DNA of 28,319 nucleotides, taken from NCBI GenBank assembly GCA_046760505.1, contig JBHIEG010000023.1, positions 1-28,319 of the forward strand, given 5' to 3'. Each line of letters starts with the position of its first letter. The first letter of the stretch is position 1. Under the pieces are notes generated by a model, which saw only the letters and a list, made by a program, of their open reading frames with translations, did no database searches and was not told the DNA's origin. The translations under genes were made by a program, and so were the position numbers. Of the stretch, positions 17,127 through 25,958 are shown piece by piece. This DNA comes from Candidatus Hydrothermarchaeota archaeon. Its GTDB lineage: Archaea; CAYFZR01.

Positions 17127-17816
17127 TTAGTCTTTTCCTATTGGAAGAAATGGAATCAGAGACCTCGCAAACTCAGGAAGTTGTCTTGTCTGCAATTGTA
17201 TCTGACCTGGACCTGTGAACTCAAAGACGAGTCCTTCTCCGCTTAGCACTGTAGACTTCAAACCTCCAACTCTCCTTACCGTGTAGTTCATTGTGTCGCT
17301 GAATGCCACCACATGTCCCGTATCCACGATGAGTTTTTCTCCAGGTTTTAACTCCTTCTTCTCTATCCCTCCAAAGGAAGAAACCCAGACTATTCCTGTA
17401 CCACTCGCTCTAAGCATTATTATGTCGCTTTCTCCAAGAAAGCCCTTCCAGCCCTGCCATGATGTGTCTATATCGATTCCAGGAGTGTTTGCTATGTAAC
17501 TACCGCTCTGTATTATCAGTCCCTCATTATTTAATTCTATGGCCTCTATATCTCCAATGTGTGGTCCAGTAAGCGCAATTTCACCATTTTCCCTCGCATG
17601 AAAAGTATTTGTCCAGAAAGATTCTCCTCCCAAAAATGAGGTTTTCAGACTTTTCAAAAGCCCACCTAAACCTCCTCCACCGCGCATATGGGTTTCTATC
17701 TCTATCGTTGGGGTCATGTGCACCATAGCGCCTGCCTCGGCAGTTATGCTTTCTCCCTTATTGAGTTTTATCTTCAAAAGAGAGAAAGACGGTCTGTAAA
17801 GAACTTCATATTCCAC
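17127..17816 (-). CDS. TIGR00266/AIM24 family protein
   Basis: GESITAEAGAM, GGESFW.N, VDTGHVVAF, SGEGLV.EFTGPG..QLQTR. Confidence 0.93.
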   Translation of the reverse strand: MEYEVLYRPSFSLLKIKLNKGESITAEAGAMVHMTPTIEIETHMRGGGGLGGLLKSLKTSFLGGESFWTNTFHARENGEIALTGPHIGDIEAIELNNEGLIIQSGSYIANTPGIDIDTSWQGWKGFLGESDIIMLRASGTGIVWVSSFGGIEKKELKPGEKLIVDTGHVVAFSDTMNYTVRRVGGLKSTVLSGEGLVFEFTGPGQIQLQTRQLPEFARSLIPFLPIGKD

Positions 17817-17828
17817 AACATCACCTCG

Positions 17829-18893
17829 CTACTTCAACATAGACATGAGTAACTCTAACTCTTTTTCGTACGCATTTATATACTCTTTGTAGAGTTTAGA
17901 GGGTATTTTTCCCTTTGAATAATCATCTATTAACCTCTGTATTTCTTCTTTTACCTCTTCTATCCTCTTTTCTGTTTCAGATTCTAAGGTCCGCTGTACC
18001 AAAATCTCTGCTTCTCTCTTTATCTTGGCAAGATTCTTTAGACTTCTTAATGCCTCTTCAGATGCCTTTTTCTCTTTTGGGCTCAGGAACTCAGGCTCAA
18101 AATAGTGAGAAGGTTCGAGTGCCAAATTTATCCTAGATAAAATAGCCTCTTCCGCTTTTTTATGGAATTTTCCTAGTCCTTTGGAGAGAATGCTTGCTAT
18201 CTGTACTACATCTAGCACATCCTTTGGAGACATCTTCAAATGCACCACGTTCGTGGCTATGGTGGACAGGATTCTGTTGTATTTACCGCTGTTTACTTTC
18301 TCAATGAAATCCTCGGCTACGTAATTCAAATCTGTTTCCAATTTTTTGCTAAAGGACATCACCTGGGCGCCCAAAGCGGTGATCGTGCTCCCAACCACAA
18401 GACCTAAATCTCTTTTTATTTCATTTTCTAACAATTCCAAGGACTGCAAAAGAGTTTCTTCATCCAGTTCATGCCTATAAGTTATTAGAACCGCTATCGC
18501 TCTTAGCAATGTATCTATCTCGTCCTTCTCCAGTATTTCCTGGTCTTTTATCTCCTTCAATAAATGCTTGTATACAAAATGATCAATTTCTTTCTTTGGC
18601 AGGTTTTCTGATGTTAATCTGTGAAGCGTTTTCTTGAAGAAGGAAAACAACTTAGATATGAGTACTTGCCATTTTCTCTTCCCGGTAGATTCGATTCCAA
18701 ACTGCTCAAAGACCTTTGGAATTGAATCATTCAACTCGGTAATGCCCATGGGAAATGGTTTGTCTATCTCTCTCAGGGTCCAAACGTATTCGACAAAGTC
18801 CTTGTTGTTCAGATACCATTCATTGAGACCATCAATATTGTAGGTTAATATGAGATTCAGTTCCTCCTCTAAGTTTGGTAACCCTTCCTCCAT
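17829..18893 (-). CDS. Hypothetical helical protein with coiled-coil/SHOCT-like C-terminus
   Basis: 354-aa ORF in an operon with the AIM24 gene; no family recognised. Confidence 0.75.
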   Translation of the reverse strand: MEEGLPNLEEELNLILTYNIDGLNEWYLNNKDFVEYVWTLREIDKPFPMGITELNDSIPKVFEQFGIESTGKRKWQVLISKLFSFFKKTLHRLTSENLPKKEIDHFVYKHLLKEIKDQEILEKDEIDTLLRAIAVLITYRHELDEETLLQSLELLENEIKRDLGLVVGSTITALGAQVMSFSKKLETDLNYVAEDFIEKVNSGKYNRILSTIATNVVHLKMSPKDVLDVVQIASILSKGLGKFHKKAEEAILSRINLALEPSHYFEPEFLSPKEKKASEEALRSLKNLAKIKREAEILVQRTLESETEKRIEEVKEEIQRLIDDYSKGKIPSKLYKEYINAYEKELELLMSMLK

Positions 18894-18998
18894 GTTACCA
18901 CTTCGTAATTCTCTATGATTTCCAAATATTTAAGCATCATGTGAACAAATCTGATCTCAGCAGGTAAATTTTTATAAAAAATTGGGTAATTCCCAAAT

Positions 18999-19544
18999 AT
19001 GGTATATCGCTACAGAGAACTGGTAAAGGATCTATTTAATCTCTCTGAACTTAAAAGGTTAAACGAATTACCTAGTCATGCAATCACAGATGTTTTAAGA
19101 ATTCGCAAAAGAAGTTACAGAAGGTCAATGCTTGATCACTCCCTATCTGTTTCTAGGACTTGTTATTTAATCGGAAAAAAACTGAAACTAAACGTAAGGG
19201 ATCTTGCAAGAGCCGGTCTACTGCACGATGTAGGCTTTACCGTAAAAGGTTGTAAAATATGCGAGATTGATCCCATATCCTTGTACAGCTGTGGGTTCTG
19301 TCACCACAGATCCAGCGCAAGGATAGCAAAAGAGATAGGAGAAAAAGAAAATGTTGTCAATATGATAAGGTCTCATATGTTTCCTCTATGCTTGAGCCCT
19401 CCACTCAACAAGGAATCCATGGTTCTCTGGTTTGCTGACAAAATTTGCGCTCTAATGGATTTTTTATTTTTGGATCGAATTTTTTTCAAAGATTTAGAAA
19501 TTTTTAAGGTAGAAATTCTAAAATCAGATGATGGACAAAATTGA
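18999..19544 (+). CDS. HD-domain phosphohydrolase with 4-Cys insert
   Basis: DHSLSV, GLLHD, HH, SHMFP, ADK; CKIC...CGFC insert. Confidence 0.85.
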   Translation: MVYRYRELVKDLFNLSELKRLNELPSHAITDVLRIRKRSYRRSMLDHSLSVSRTCYLIGKKLKLNVRDLARAGLLHDVGFTVKGCKICEIDPISLYSCGFCHHRSSARIAKEIGEKENVVNMIRSHMFPLCLSPPLNKESMVLWFADKICALMDFLFLDRIFFKDLEIFKVEILKSDDGQN

Positions 19545-20543
19545 TTCTTCATAAGGAGGTCTCAGTACTCCCTTCTCTGTGAATATTGCATCTATCATAT
19601 TCGGCGGAGTTATATCGAAAGCGGGATTAAATACCTCAATTCCCTCTGGGGCGATTCTTTTTTCCCCTATATGGGTTACTTCTTCAGGGTCTCTTTCTTC
19701 GATGATTACCTCCTCCACGCCTTTTTTGAGATCGAAGGTGGAAGACGGAGCTGCAACATAAAAGGGTATCCGGTGCTTTTCTGCAAGGATCGCTATTCCA
19801 TAGGTTCCAATCTTATTTACCACATGGCCTGTCCTCAATATTCTGTCTGCTCCCACCAGAACAGCATCCAGCATTTCATTTGCCATTAAGTGTGCCACCA
19901 TATTGTCTGTAATGAGAGTGACAGGAATATTTTCTTTCTTAAGTTCGTATGCGGTTAGCCTTGCCCCCTGGAGAAGCGGTCTCGTCTCAGTTACAAACAC
20001 CCCAATCCTATGACCTCTTGCCCAGCATGTTTTTATAGGGGCCAGAGCAGTTCCGTATCCAGAGGTTGCCAGACCTCCTGCATTGCAGTGAGTTAGGACT
20101 GATTTTTTATCTTTTAAAAACTCGTATCCGAATTCACCTATTTTTTTATTTGCCTCCATATCTTCTTCCATGATTTTATTCGCTTCTTCAACTATTTTTT
20201 CCCTGAGTAAAGTTACATCATCGTACTTATATATTAGATCCAGAATACGATCGATTGCCCAGAAGAGGTTTACTGCGGTAGGACGTGTTATTTTCAATCT
20301 TTCCGCTGCTTTATTAATTTCTTCGCGAAAAATTTCAGGGTCCTTTGCGCTGCTTTTTATTGCGGATATAGCTAGCGCGTACCCTGCCGAAATACCAATT
20401 GCCGGGGCACCCCTTACCTTAAGATTTTCAATCGCTCTTGCTACACACTCCAAATCTCTGCATCGAATCCACTTCTCTTCAAGAGGAAGTTTTGACTGAT
20501 CCAGGATCAATAGAGAATCTCCATTCCAAATGAAAGGTTGCAT
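19524..20543 (-). CDS. mtnA: S-methyl-5-thioribose-1-phosphate isomerase
   Basis: VRGAPAIG, RPTAVNL, THCNAG.LAT.GYGTA, ETRPLLQGARLT, GADRI, NKIGTY, NPAFDITP. Confidence 0.94.
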   Translation of the reverse strand: MQPFIWNGDSLLILDQSKLPLEEKWIRCRDLECVARAIENLKVRGAPAIGISAGYALAISAIKSSAKDPEIFREEINKAAERLKITRPTAVNLFWAIDRILDLIYKYDDVTLLREKIVEEANKIMEEDMEANKKIGEFGYEFLKDKKSVLTHCNAGGLATSGYGTALAPIKTCWARGHRIGVFVTETRPLLQGARLTAYELKKENIPVTLITDNMVAHLMANEMLDAVLVGADRILRTGHVVNKIGTYGIAILAEKHRIPFYVAAPSSTFDLKKGVEEVIIEERDPEEVTHIGEKRIAPEGIEVFNPAFDITPPNMIDAIFTEKGVLRPPYEESILSII

Positions 20544-20609
20544 GATCTAAATTATGTAAGTTTTAAATATAATTTTAGTTCCTCTTAAGTTAGCATGCGG
20601 TGATTACGA

Positions 20610-20975
20610 ATGTCATTATTTTACCCAAAGAAAGAGGAAAGGTTAGATAAGCTTGAGGAAATTTCAGAAGAAAACAAAGTGAAAATAGAGAAACTATACG
20701 AAGAAATTAAGGCTCTCGATGGAAAAATTGAGGAATTGAAAAAAAAGGTTGAAGAAATGACCATAGTATACCCTGAGAAGAGAGAATGGTTAAGAGAGGT
20801 TCAACTAAGAACCTTAGTCGTCCTCCAAAAGCTTGAGGGAGCCTCTCTATCCACCGTAGCTCACAGACTTGGACTCAATGAAACTTACGTAAAAGGAGTG
20901 CTTGATCAGTTGATAGAACTTGGTTTGGTCACCTCCGAGGATAGGGGAGGAGAGACATACTACAGGTCAAAGTAG
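20610..20975 (+). CDS. Coiled-coil + winged-helix DNA-binding protein
   Basis: Heptad N-terminus; SLSTVAHRLGLNETYVKGVLDQLIELGLV wHTH; GGTGA RBS. Confidence 0.75.
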   Translation: MSLFYPKKEERLDKLEEISEENKVKIEKLYEEIKALDGKIEELKKKVEEMTIVYPEKREWLREVQLRTLVVLQKLEGASLSTVAHRLGLNETYVKGVLDQLIELGLVTSEDRGGETYYRSK

Positions 20976-21739
20976 TTAGATATGTTATTCTTATTGCATT
21001 TATCCTCTCTATCCCACCTGGATGTATATCCAATCCGGAAGAAGTCTCCATAAAGATAATATCTCCAACGATTCAATCAATGCTTAATATAACTGAAGAA
21101 AATACAATGTTATCAAGATACCATGGAAAACGTGTCATATTGATTGTTGTTGATGGAATGGGATGGTACACCTTAGAAAATGGATTGAGGGTAAAGGAAC
21201 TGCCGACATTCAGGTATCTTATAAAAAACGGAATCTACGTGAAGGCGAGATCTGTTTATCCCTCGGACACAAAACACGGTCACAGGGCTATATTCTACGG
21301 AAAATCAGAGAAAACGATATTTCAGATCTTAAAGGAAAAAGGACTTAAATCAGCATCTATTTCAAATGAAAAACTCTATGAAAAGGCTTTTCCTTACGGA
21401 GCAGAAATCATAGAGGTAAAGGATTTGGACATGGACGGATTTGTGGGAGATGATGATGACATCGTGCTAACCGTAAAGAAACTTAAGGACGGTTACTCAC
21501 TGATGTTCATCCACCTGAGCGTTGATTATACATCACATAAGTATGGACCTTACTCTTATCAGGCTATTAACGATCTTGAAGATGCAGACAGCCAAATAAA
21601 AGAGATAGTAAGGAAATATCCCGGAAGTATTTTAATCATTACCGCTGACCACGGCATGCATGAAACCCTTAGTGGAGGAGAACACGGCAGTATGCATGAG
21701 AAAGATATAAGCGTTCCTATAATAATTGGAAGAGTATAG
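20957..21739 (+). CDS. Alkaline phosphatase/NPP superfamily protein, probable lipoprotein
   Basis: IVVDG, YPSDT..GH, D..SH.YGP, TADHG, EHG. The frame is open upstream of ATG 21080 and encodes a lipobox signal; start uncertain. Confidence 0.85.
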   Translation: MLQVKVVRYVILIAFILSIPPGCISNPEEVSIKIISPTIQSMLNITEENTMLSRYHGKRVILIVVDGMGWYTLENGLRVKELPTFRYLIKNGIYVKARSVYPSDTKHGHRAIFYGKSEKTIFQILKEKGLKSASISNEKLYEKAFPYGAEIIEVKDLDMDGFVGDDDDIVLTVKKLKDGYSLMFIHLSVDYTSHKYGPYSYQAINDLEDADSQIKEIVRKYPGSILIITADHGMHETLSGGEHGSMHEKDISVPIIIGRV

Positions 21740-22600
21740 ATGTATGATAAAAATGCCCTTTTAAAATGGATAGATAAATGTAGAAACGAAGATGGAGGTT
21801 TTGGAAGAAGACCAAAAAGAGAATCCACCCTCAAAGATACATTTAACGCCCTATCGATCTTATCTTCTAAAAAAATGGATGAAAAAAGAAAAAAAGAAAT
21901 AATTGATTTTGTAATCAGTTGTAAGGATTCAAAAGGCTATGGAAAGAGACCGGAATGGAAAGAAAATATAATCGATACATACTTTGCGATAAAGATCCAT
22001 GAACTCTTAGAAATGCCTTTAGAAGGAAAAGAAAAGGTATTAGAACTACTAGAAAAATACAAAAATGATGATGGAGGCTATGGATTAAAAAAGGGATGGA
22101 GATCTTGCCTTTGGAATACGAGGTTTGCGGTTCAGATATGTAGTTCTCTGGGTAAAAAATCGGATTTAAACAAAGAGAAGATTTTAAAACTAATTTCAGA
22201 TAGAAAAAACAAGGATGGATGTTTTTCTTATTCAAAAGACAGTTTTTCAAGGCTAGAATACACATATGATGCCTTATTGATTCTGAATGAATTCAATGCT
22301 CTCTCTGAAATAGAGAGGAACAGAGTAATTGAGTTTGTGCTAAAATGTAGAAAGCCTGATGGCGGCTTCGGCGCTTTTCCCCAAGATACTTCCTGGCTTG
22401 AATATACCTACGATGCCCTCGGGATACTCAATATGCTAGATTCACTTGATCTTGTGGAAGAACATACCCTGATGTTTATTGCAAGATGTCAGAACGATGA
22501 TGGAGGCTTTGGCTCTAGACCAGGTGAACCATCAAGGATGGATAACGCCTACGATGCTTTCAACTCCCTGAAGATAATTGAATCTCAATCTGAATGGTGA
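21740..22600 (+). CDS. Prenyltransferase/squalene oxidase repeat protein (GGTase beta-like alpha/alpha barrel)
   Basis: Six repeats of the form C/K-x-N-x-DGG(F/Y)G..S..(Y)TYDAL..L. Confidence 0.85.
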   Translation: MYDKNALLKWIDKCRNEDGGFGRRPKRESTLKDTFNALSILSSKKMDEKRKKEIIDFVISCKDSKGYGKRPEWKENIIDTYFAIKIHELLEMPLEGKEKVLELLEKYKNDDGGYGLKKGWRSCLWNTRFAVQICSSLGKKSDLNKEKILKLISDRKNKDGCFSYSKDSFSRLEYTYDALLILNEFNALSEIERNRVIEFVLKCRKPDGGFGAFPQDTSWLEYTYDALGILNMLDSLDLVEEHTLMFIARCQNDDGGFGSRPGEPSRMDNAYDAFNSLKIIESQSEW

Positions 22601-22604
22601 AAAA

Positions 22605-23234
22605 ATGGTTTCTTTGTCTATAAAATGTAAACCAAGTGTAGAGGTTTTAAAATCCTTGATGGATATTATAGAGGAAGTGAACGTTAAAACCATTTACTTC
22701 GATAAAAGTTTAGCCTATCCCATAAGGATAGAAATAGAAGGAGAATTTGAATGGATGATTAAAGAATTGGAGAGGAATGAGGCAGTGGAATCCATAAGGG
22801 TGGGAAAGTCATTTGACCAGGTTTATGGAAAGAGAGTTCTAGTATATGGATGGGGTGCACAGATAAGTCAGGTAGTTCTCGGCGCTGTAACGGAGGCAGA
22901 TAGACACAACATAAGAGGGGAAAGAATAAGCATTGATACGATACCCGTAATAGGAGATGCACTCAGAGAGGCTATTTTTTCAACTTCAGACCTGCCAAGA
23001 GCAAGCATACTCGTACTCGCATGCGCTGTACTAGACAGGGAACTGGAGAATGCAATAAAAAAACTTAAGGAAGAAACAGATATTCCTATAATTGCTCTCA
23101 ATTCAATTGGCGGAGGGAAAGAACTCGCAGATCTTATTGTAACCGATCCTGTGCAGGCAGGGGTGATGGCGGTAATGGCTGTTGCAGATACCGCATTATT
23201 CGATATAAAAAAGATCAGAAAAAAGAAATTTTAA
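22605..23234 (+). CDS. DUF5612 protein with ACT-like N-terminus
   Basis: YGKRV, GAQ, EADRHNIRGERISIDTIP, TDPVQAGVMAVM. Start follows GGTGA. Confidence 0.85.
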   Translation: MVSLSIKCKPSVEVLKSLMDIIEEVNVKTIYFDKSLAYPIRIEIEGEFEWMIKELERNEAVESIRVGKSFDQVYGKRVLVYGWGAQISQVVLGAVTEADRHNIRGERISIDTIPVIGDALREAIFSTSDLPRASILVLACAVLDRELENAIKKLKEETDIPIIALNSIGGGKELADLIVTDPVQAGVMAVMAVADTALFDIKKIRKKKF

Positions 23235-23266
23235 TTAGAAGGTAAGATTATTAGGGAGGTGATTTC

Positions 23267-24199
23267 ATGGATGATACTATCTATGTAATCGGACACAAAA
23301 GTCCAGATACGGATTCAATATGCTCCGCAATAGCATATGCACATTTTAAGCAAAAATTGGGAATGAAAAACGTTAAAGCAGCTAGATTGGGAGAGCCAAA
23401 CCTAGAGACCAAATTTGTACTTGACTACTTCAAGGTAGATCTACCAGAGATACTTGAAGATGGAAGTGGTAAAAAGCTTATTCTCCTAGATCATAACGAA
23501 GTCTCCCAGACAATAGAAAAGATAGATGAGGGTGAAATCCTAGAGATCATAGACCATCACAAGATTGGAGATATCCAGACTCCAAATCCTATATTCTTTC
23601 ACGCTGAGCCAATAGGAAGCACTGCCACAATAATTGCTGATTTCTACTTTGATGAGGGAATAGACTTAGAAAAAGATATTGCTGGAATATTGCTTGCTTC
23701 AATCCTTTCTGATACGGTTATATTCAAGTCACCTACCTGCACTCAAAAAGATAAAGACATAGCAAAAAAATTAGCAAGTATGGTTGGAATAGAAATAGAA
23801 AAATTTGGAATAGATATGTTCAAGGCAAAAGCAGATCTGGCAAGCAAAAGTGCTAGAGAAATACTGGTAACGGACTTCAAAGAATTTGATTTCAGTGGAA
23901 ACAGGGTCGGAATAGGACAGATAGAAGTCATGGATGAGGAGGAAGTTCAAATGAAAAGAAAGGAAATACTGGAAGAAATGGAGAATCTGAGAAATGAAAA
24001 AGGACTGGTCATGGTAACCTTAATGATAACCAACATATTGAAAGAAGGAAGCGAGCTTCTCTTCGTTGGGGATAAAAAGGAAATATTTGAAAGGGCATTC
24101 AATGCAAAGGTGGAGAATGACTCCATCTATCTAGAAGGAGTTATGTCAAGAAAGAAGCAGGTTGTACCTCCACTTGAAAATGCTTTTGCTCATGCATAA
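23267..24199 (+). CDS. ppaC: Mn-dependent (family II) inorganic pyrophosphatase
   Basis: GHKSPDTDSICS, DHNE, IDHH, ILSDT, SRKKQVVP. Confidence 0.96.
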   Translation: MDDTIYVIGHKSPDTDSICSAIAYAHFKQKLGMKNVKAARLGEPNLETKFVLDYFKVDLPEILEDGSGKKLILLDHNEVSQTIEKIDEGEILEIIDHHKIGDIQTPNPIFFHAEPIGSTATIIADFYFDEGIDLEKDIAGILLASILSDTVIFKSPTCTQKDKDIAKKLASMVGIEIEKFGIDMFKAKADLASKSAREILVTDFKEFDFSGNRVGIGQIEVMDEEEVQMKRKEILEEMENLRNEKGLVMVTLMITNILKEGSELLFVGDKKEIFERAFNAKVENDSIYLEGVMSRKKQVVPPLENAFAHA

Positions 24200-24200
24200 T

Positions 24201-24503
24201 TTATTCTTTAAGCGCCTTAGATAACATGAATGCGCCTATAATGATGCATGGAATTCCGAATATTGCTAGGATTATTGTGAGGGTCAGTTTAATCCCTATC
24301 AGAATCGCTATCACGCCGCAGGTGATCCAGATAACCTTCGCGAAGGCATGAAGTCCCAGTCCATCCATGATCAGTATTCCGCCCAAGAATATTAAAGGAA
24401 TACCGAATATAGCGGTGAGTACTGGAACGAGCAATTTGACTCCGAATATCAGCAGTATTATCCCGAAGACTATCTCAACTATTTCGCCTGTAGATATCTC
24501 CAT
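24201..24503 (-). CDS. Small internally duplicated membrane protein
   Basis: Two copies of G.KL..(L)AIFGIP.I..G; AGGTG RBS. Confidence 0.75.
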   Translation of the reverse strand: MEISTGEIVEIVFGIILLIFGVKLLVPVLTAIFGIPLIFLGGILIMDGLGLHAFAKVIWITCGVIAILIGIKLTLTIILAIFGIPCIIIGAFMLSKALKE

Positions 24504-24656
24504 GCGAACACCTTTTTCCCGCGGAATCGTTTCGATATAATTATATATTTAAAAAGTTATATCTTTTCTTTTGTTCAGGCTCAGATTAATCTTCAATTCT
24601 TTTAAAATGTACCCTCTCAAAGAGAGAAACCTTAAACCTTTTGGGTTATTCGATGA

Positions 24657-24703
24657 TAGGAAGTTTAACTTCCTAATTCAAGGTAGTAAAGATATTATAC
24701 TAC
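24657..24703 (+). promoter_or_regulatory. vapBC promoter/operator with inverted repeats
   Basis: TAGGAAGTT-T-AACTTCCTA (24657-24675) and GTAGTA...TACTAC (24683-24703) flanking a TATA-like element. Confidence 0.5.
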
Positions 24704-24730
24704 AAAATGGTATTACTATTAGGTGAGAAT

Positions 24731-24961
24731 ATGGGTTCTTACAAGACGGTATCCGCGAAAATTGATGCTGAACTGAAAGAAAAGATCAACAGATACAATA
24801 TAAATGTCAGCAGGGTGATAAAAAAGGCTCTGGAAGAGGAAGTTAGAAGGAGAGAGGAAGAAGAAATAAAAGAGATGCTGAAAGAAGCGAGTAGAATACT
24901 CTCCAAGATTGGCAGAGAGAACATAATACAGTTCATAAGGGAAGGGAGAGAAGAGAGATGA
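24731..24961 (+). CDS. vapB: VapB-type (RHH, CcdA-like) antitoxin
   Basis: TVSAKIDAELKEK..INVSRVIKKALEEEV..IREGREER; AGGTGA RBS; ATGA overlap with the PIN gene. Confidence 0.85.
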   Translation: MGSYKTVSAKIDAELKEKINRYNINVSRVIKKALEEEVRRREEEEIKEMLKEASRILSKIGRENIIQFIREGREER

Positions 24962-25362
24962 TGTTATTCGATGCAAGTGCCTTACTTAATATTTTGGAAA
25001 GAGAGAACAGCCTTGAGATTCTGAAGAACTGCTTCATTTCGGATCTGACCTGTTATGAGATAGGAAATGCAATATGGAAATCGGTGTACAGAGAATTGCT
25101 TACCGAAGAAGAGGCTTTGAAACTCCTAAAGATTTTTGGTGAAATGGCCAAAATACTTAAAGTTGCAGCTCTAGAAAAGGAAAAAATGAAGGATGTACTT
25201 GAAATCTCTATAAAAGAATCGATCTCGTTTTACGATGCATCTTACATTTTCATTGCAATTGAAAACGGTCTAGACCTTGTTACAGATGATAAAAAACTGG
25301 GAAATTTAGCTAGCAGATACTTGAAGGTCCATAGCAGTCTGGAATTGCCTTTAGATTTTTAG
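24958..25362 (+). CDS. vapC: VapC PIN-domain toxin
   Basis: LFDASAL, YEIGNAIWK, SFYDASY, LVTDDKKL. Confidence 0.92.
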   Translation: MMLFDASALLNILERENSLEILKNCFISDLTCYEIGNAIWKSVYRELLTEEEALKLLKIFGEMAKILKVAALEKEKMKDVLEISIKESISFYDASYIFIAIENGLDLVTDDKKLGNLASRYLKVHSSLELPLDF

Positions 25363-25451
25363 CAAGTATGTTTGTTTTCAGAACAAATGAAACGTATATG
25401 ATCGGGCTTTCTCCCAACCATTCAGGTACGTTATGTTAGGATGTGTAATTT

Positions 25452-25505
25452 TCATAACATGTCCTTTTCCTTTAAACTCTTAATGAGTGATTCTATTTCT
25501 TTCAT
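25452..25505 (-). pseudogene. Probable internally deleted HEPN toxin remnant (MKEIESLIKSLKEKDML)
   Basis: ATGA overlap with the MNT stop; start resembles archaeal HEPN N-termini; only 17 codons remain. Confidence 0.55.
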
Positions 25506-25816
25506 GAAGGCAATCCTTCTTTTCGCACATTTATAAGCAATGGGCTGTTAACTCTATGATAGTCTTCCTCAGATACAGGATAAATTGATATCAGCACGCC
25601 GTATTTAAGATTTATTTCTGTTATTATATCTATCATTCTGTCTATTTCTTTCCCGGGAACAACTTTTCCTTCAAGAACAATAAGTAAGTCTATGTCCGAT
25701 TCCTCTGTCGCCTCACCCCTTGCCCATGAGCTGTAGAGGATGATATTCTTTAATCTCTTGCCATACAATTTTTCAATTTCTGTTCTAAATTCCGTGAGTA
25801 TCTTTTTTGTTTCCAT
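25502..25816 (-). CDS. Minimal nucleotidyltransferase (MNT antitoxin)
   Basis: ILYSSWARGEA.EESDIDLLIV, SPLLINVRKEG. The GS motif reads SS. Confidence 0.9.
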   Translation of the reverse strand: METKKILTEFRTEIEKLYGKRLKNIILYSSWARGEATEESDIDLLIVLEGKVVPGKEIDRMIDIITEINLKYGVLISIYPVSEEDYHRVNSPLLINVRKEGLPS

Positions 25817-25958
25817 GATGCTCTTCTCTCCTCTCTAAAATTTTTGTAGTTTTTGTTATAAGTCCAATGTGTCCCTTGTGTTGCATCTTGCCTAGCATTT
25901 CACGAATAAAAGAAGTTGCTGATATGCGATTTGGTGAGGATGTTAATAGCGATTAGAC

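Noticed and set aside
19290-19305. CxxCH (CGFCH) in the HD protein as a heme c site
   Set aside because: No signal peptide, and the His belongs to the HD metal-binding HH motif.
24534-24563. GATATAA...TTATATC inverted repeat
   Set aside because: Short and in very AT-rich promoter DNA; chance is likely.
25391-25432. Imperfect hairpin AACGTA...TACGTT(ATGT) resembling an integron attC site
   Set aside because: Only ~42 bp, single copy, poor R'' match and no integrase in the window; more likely a terminator between convergent genes.
25363-25958. CRISPR array downstream of cas3
   Set aside because: No regularly spaced direct repeats seen here or elsewhere in the window.
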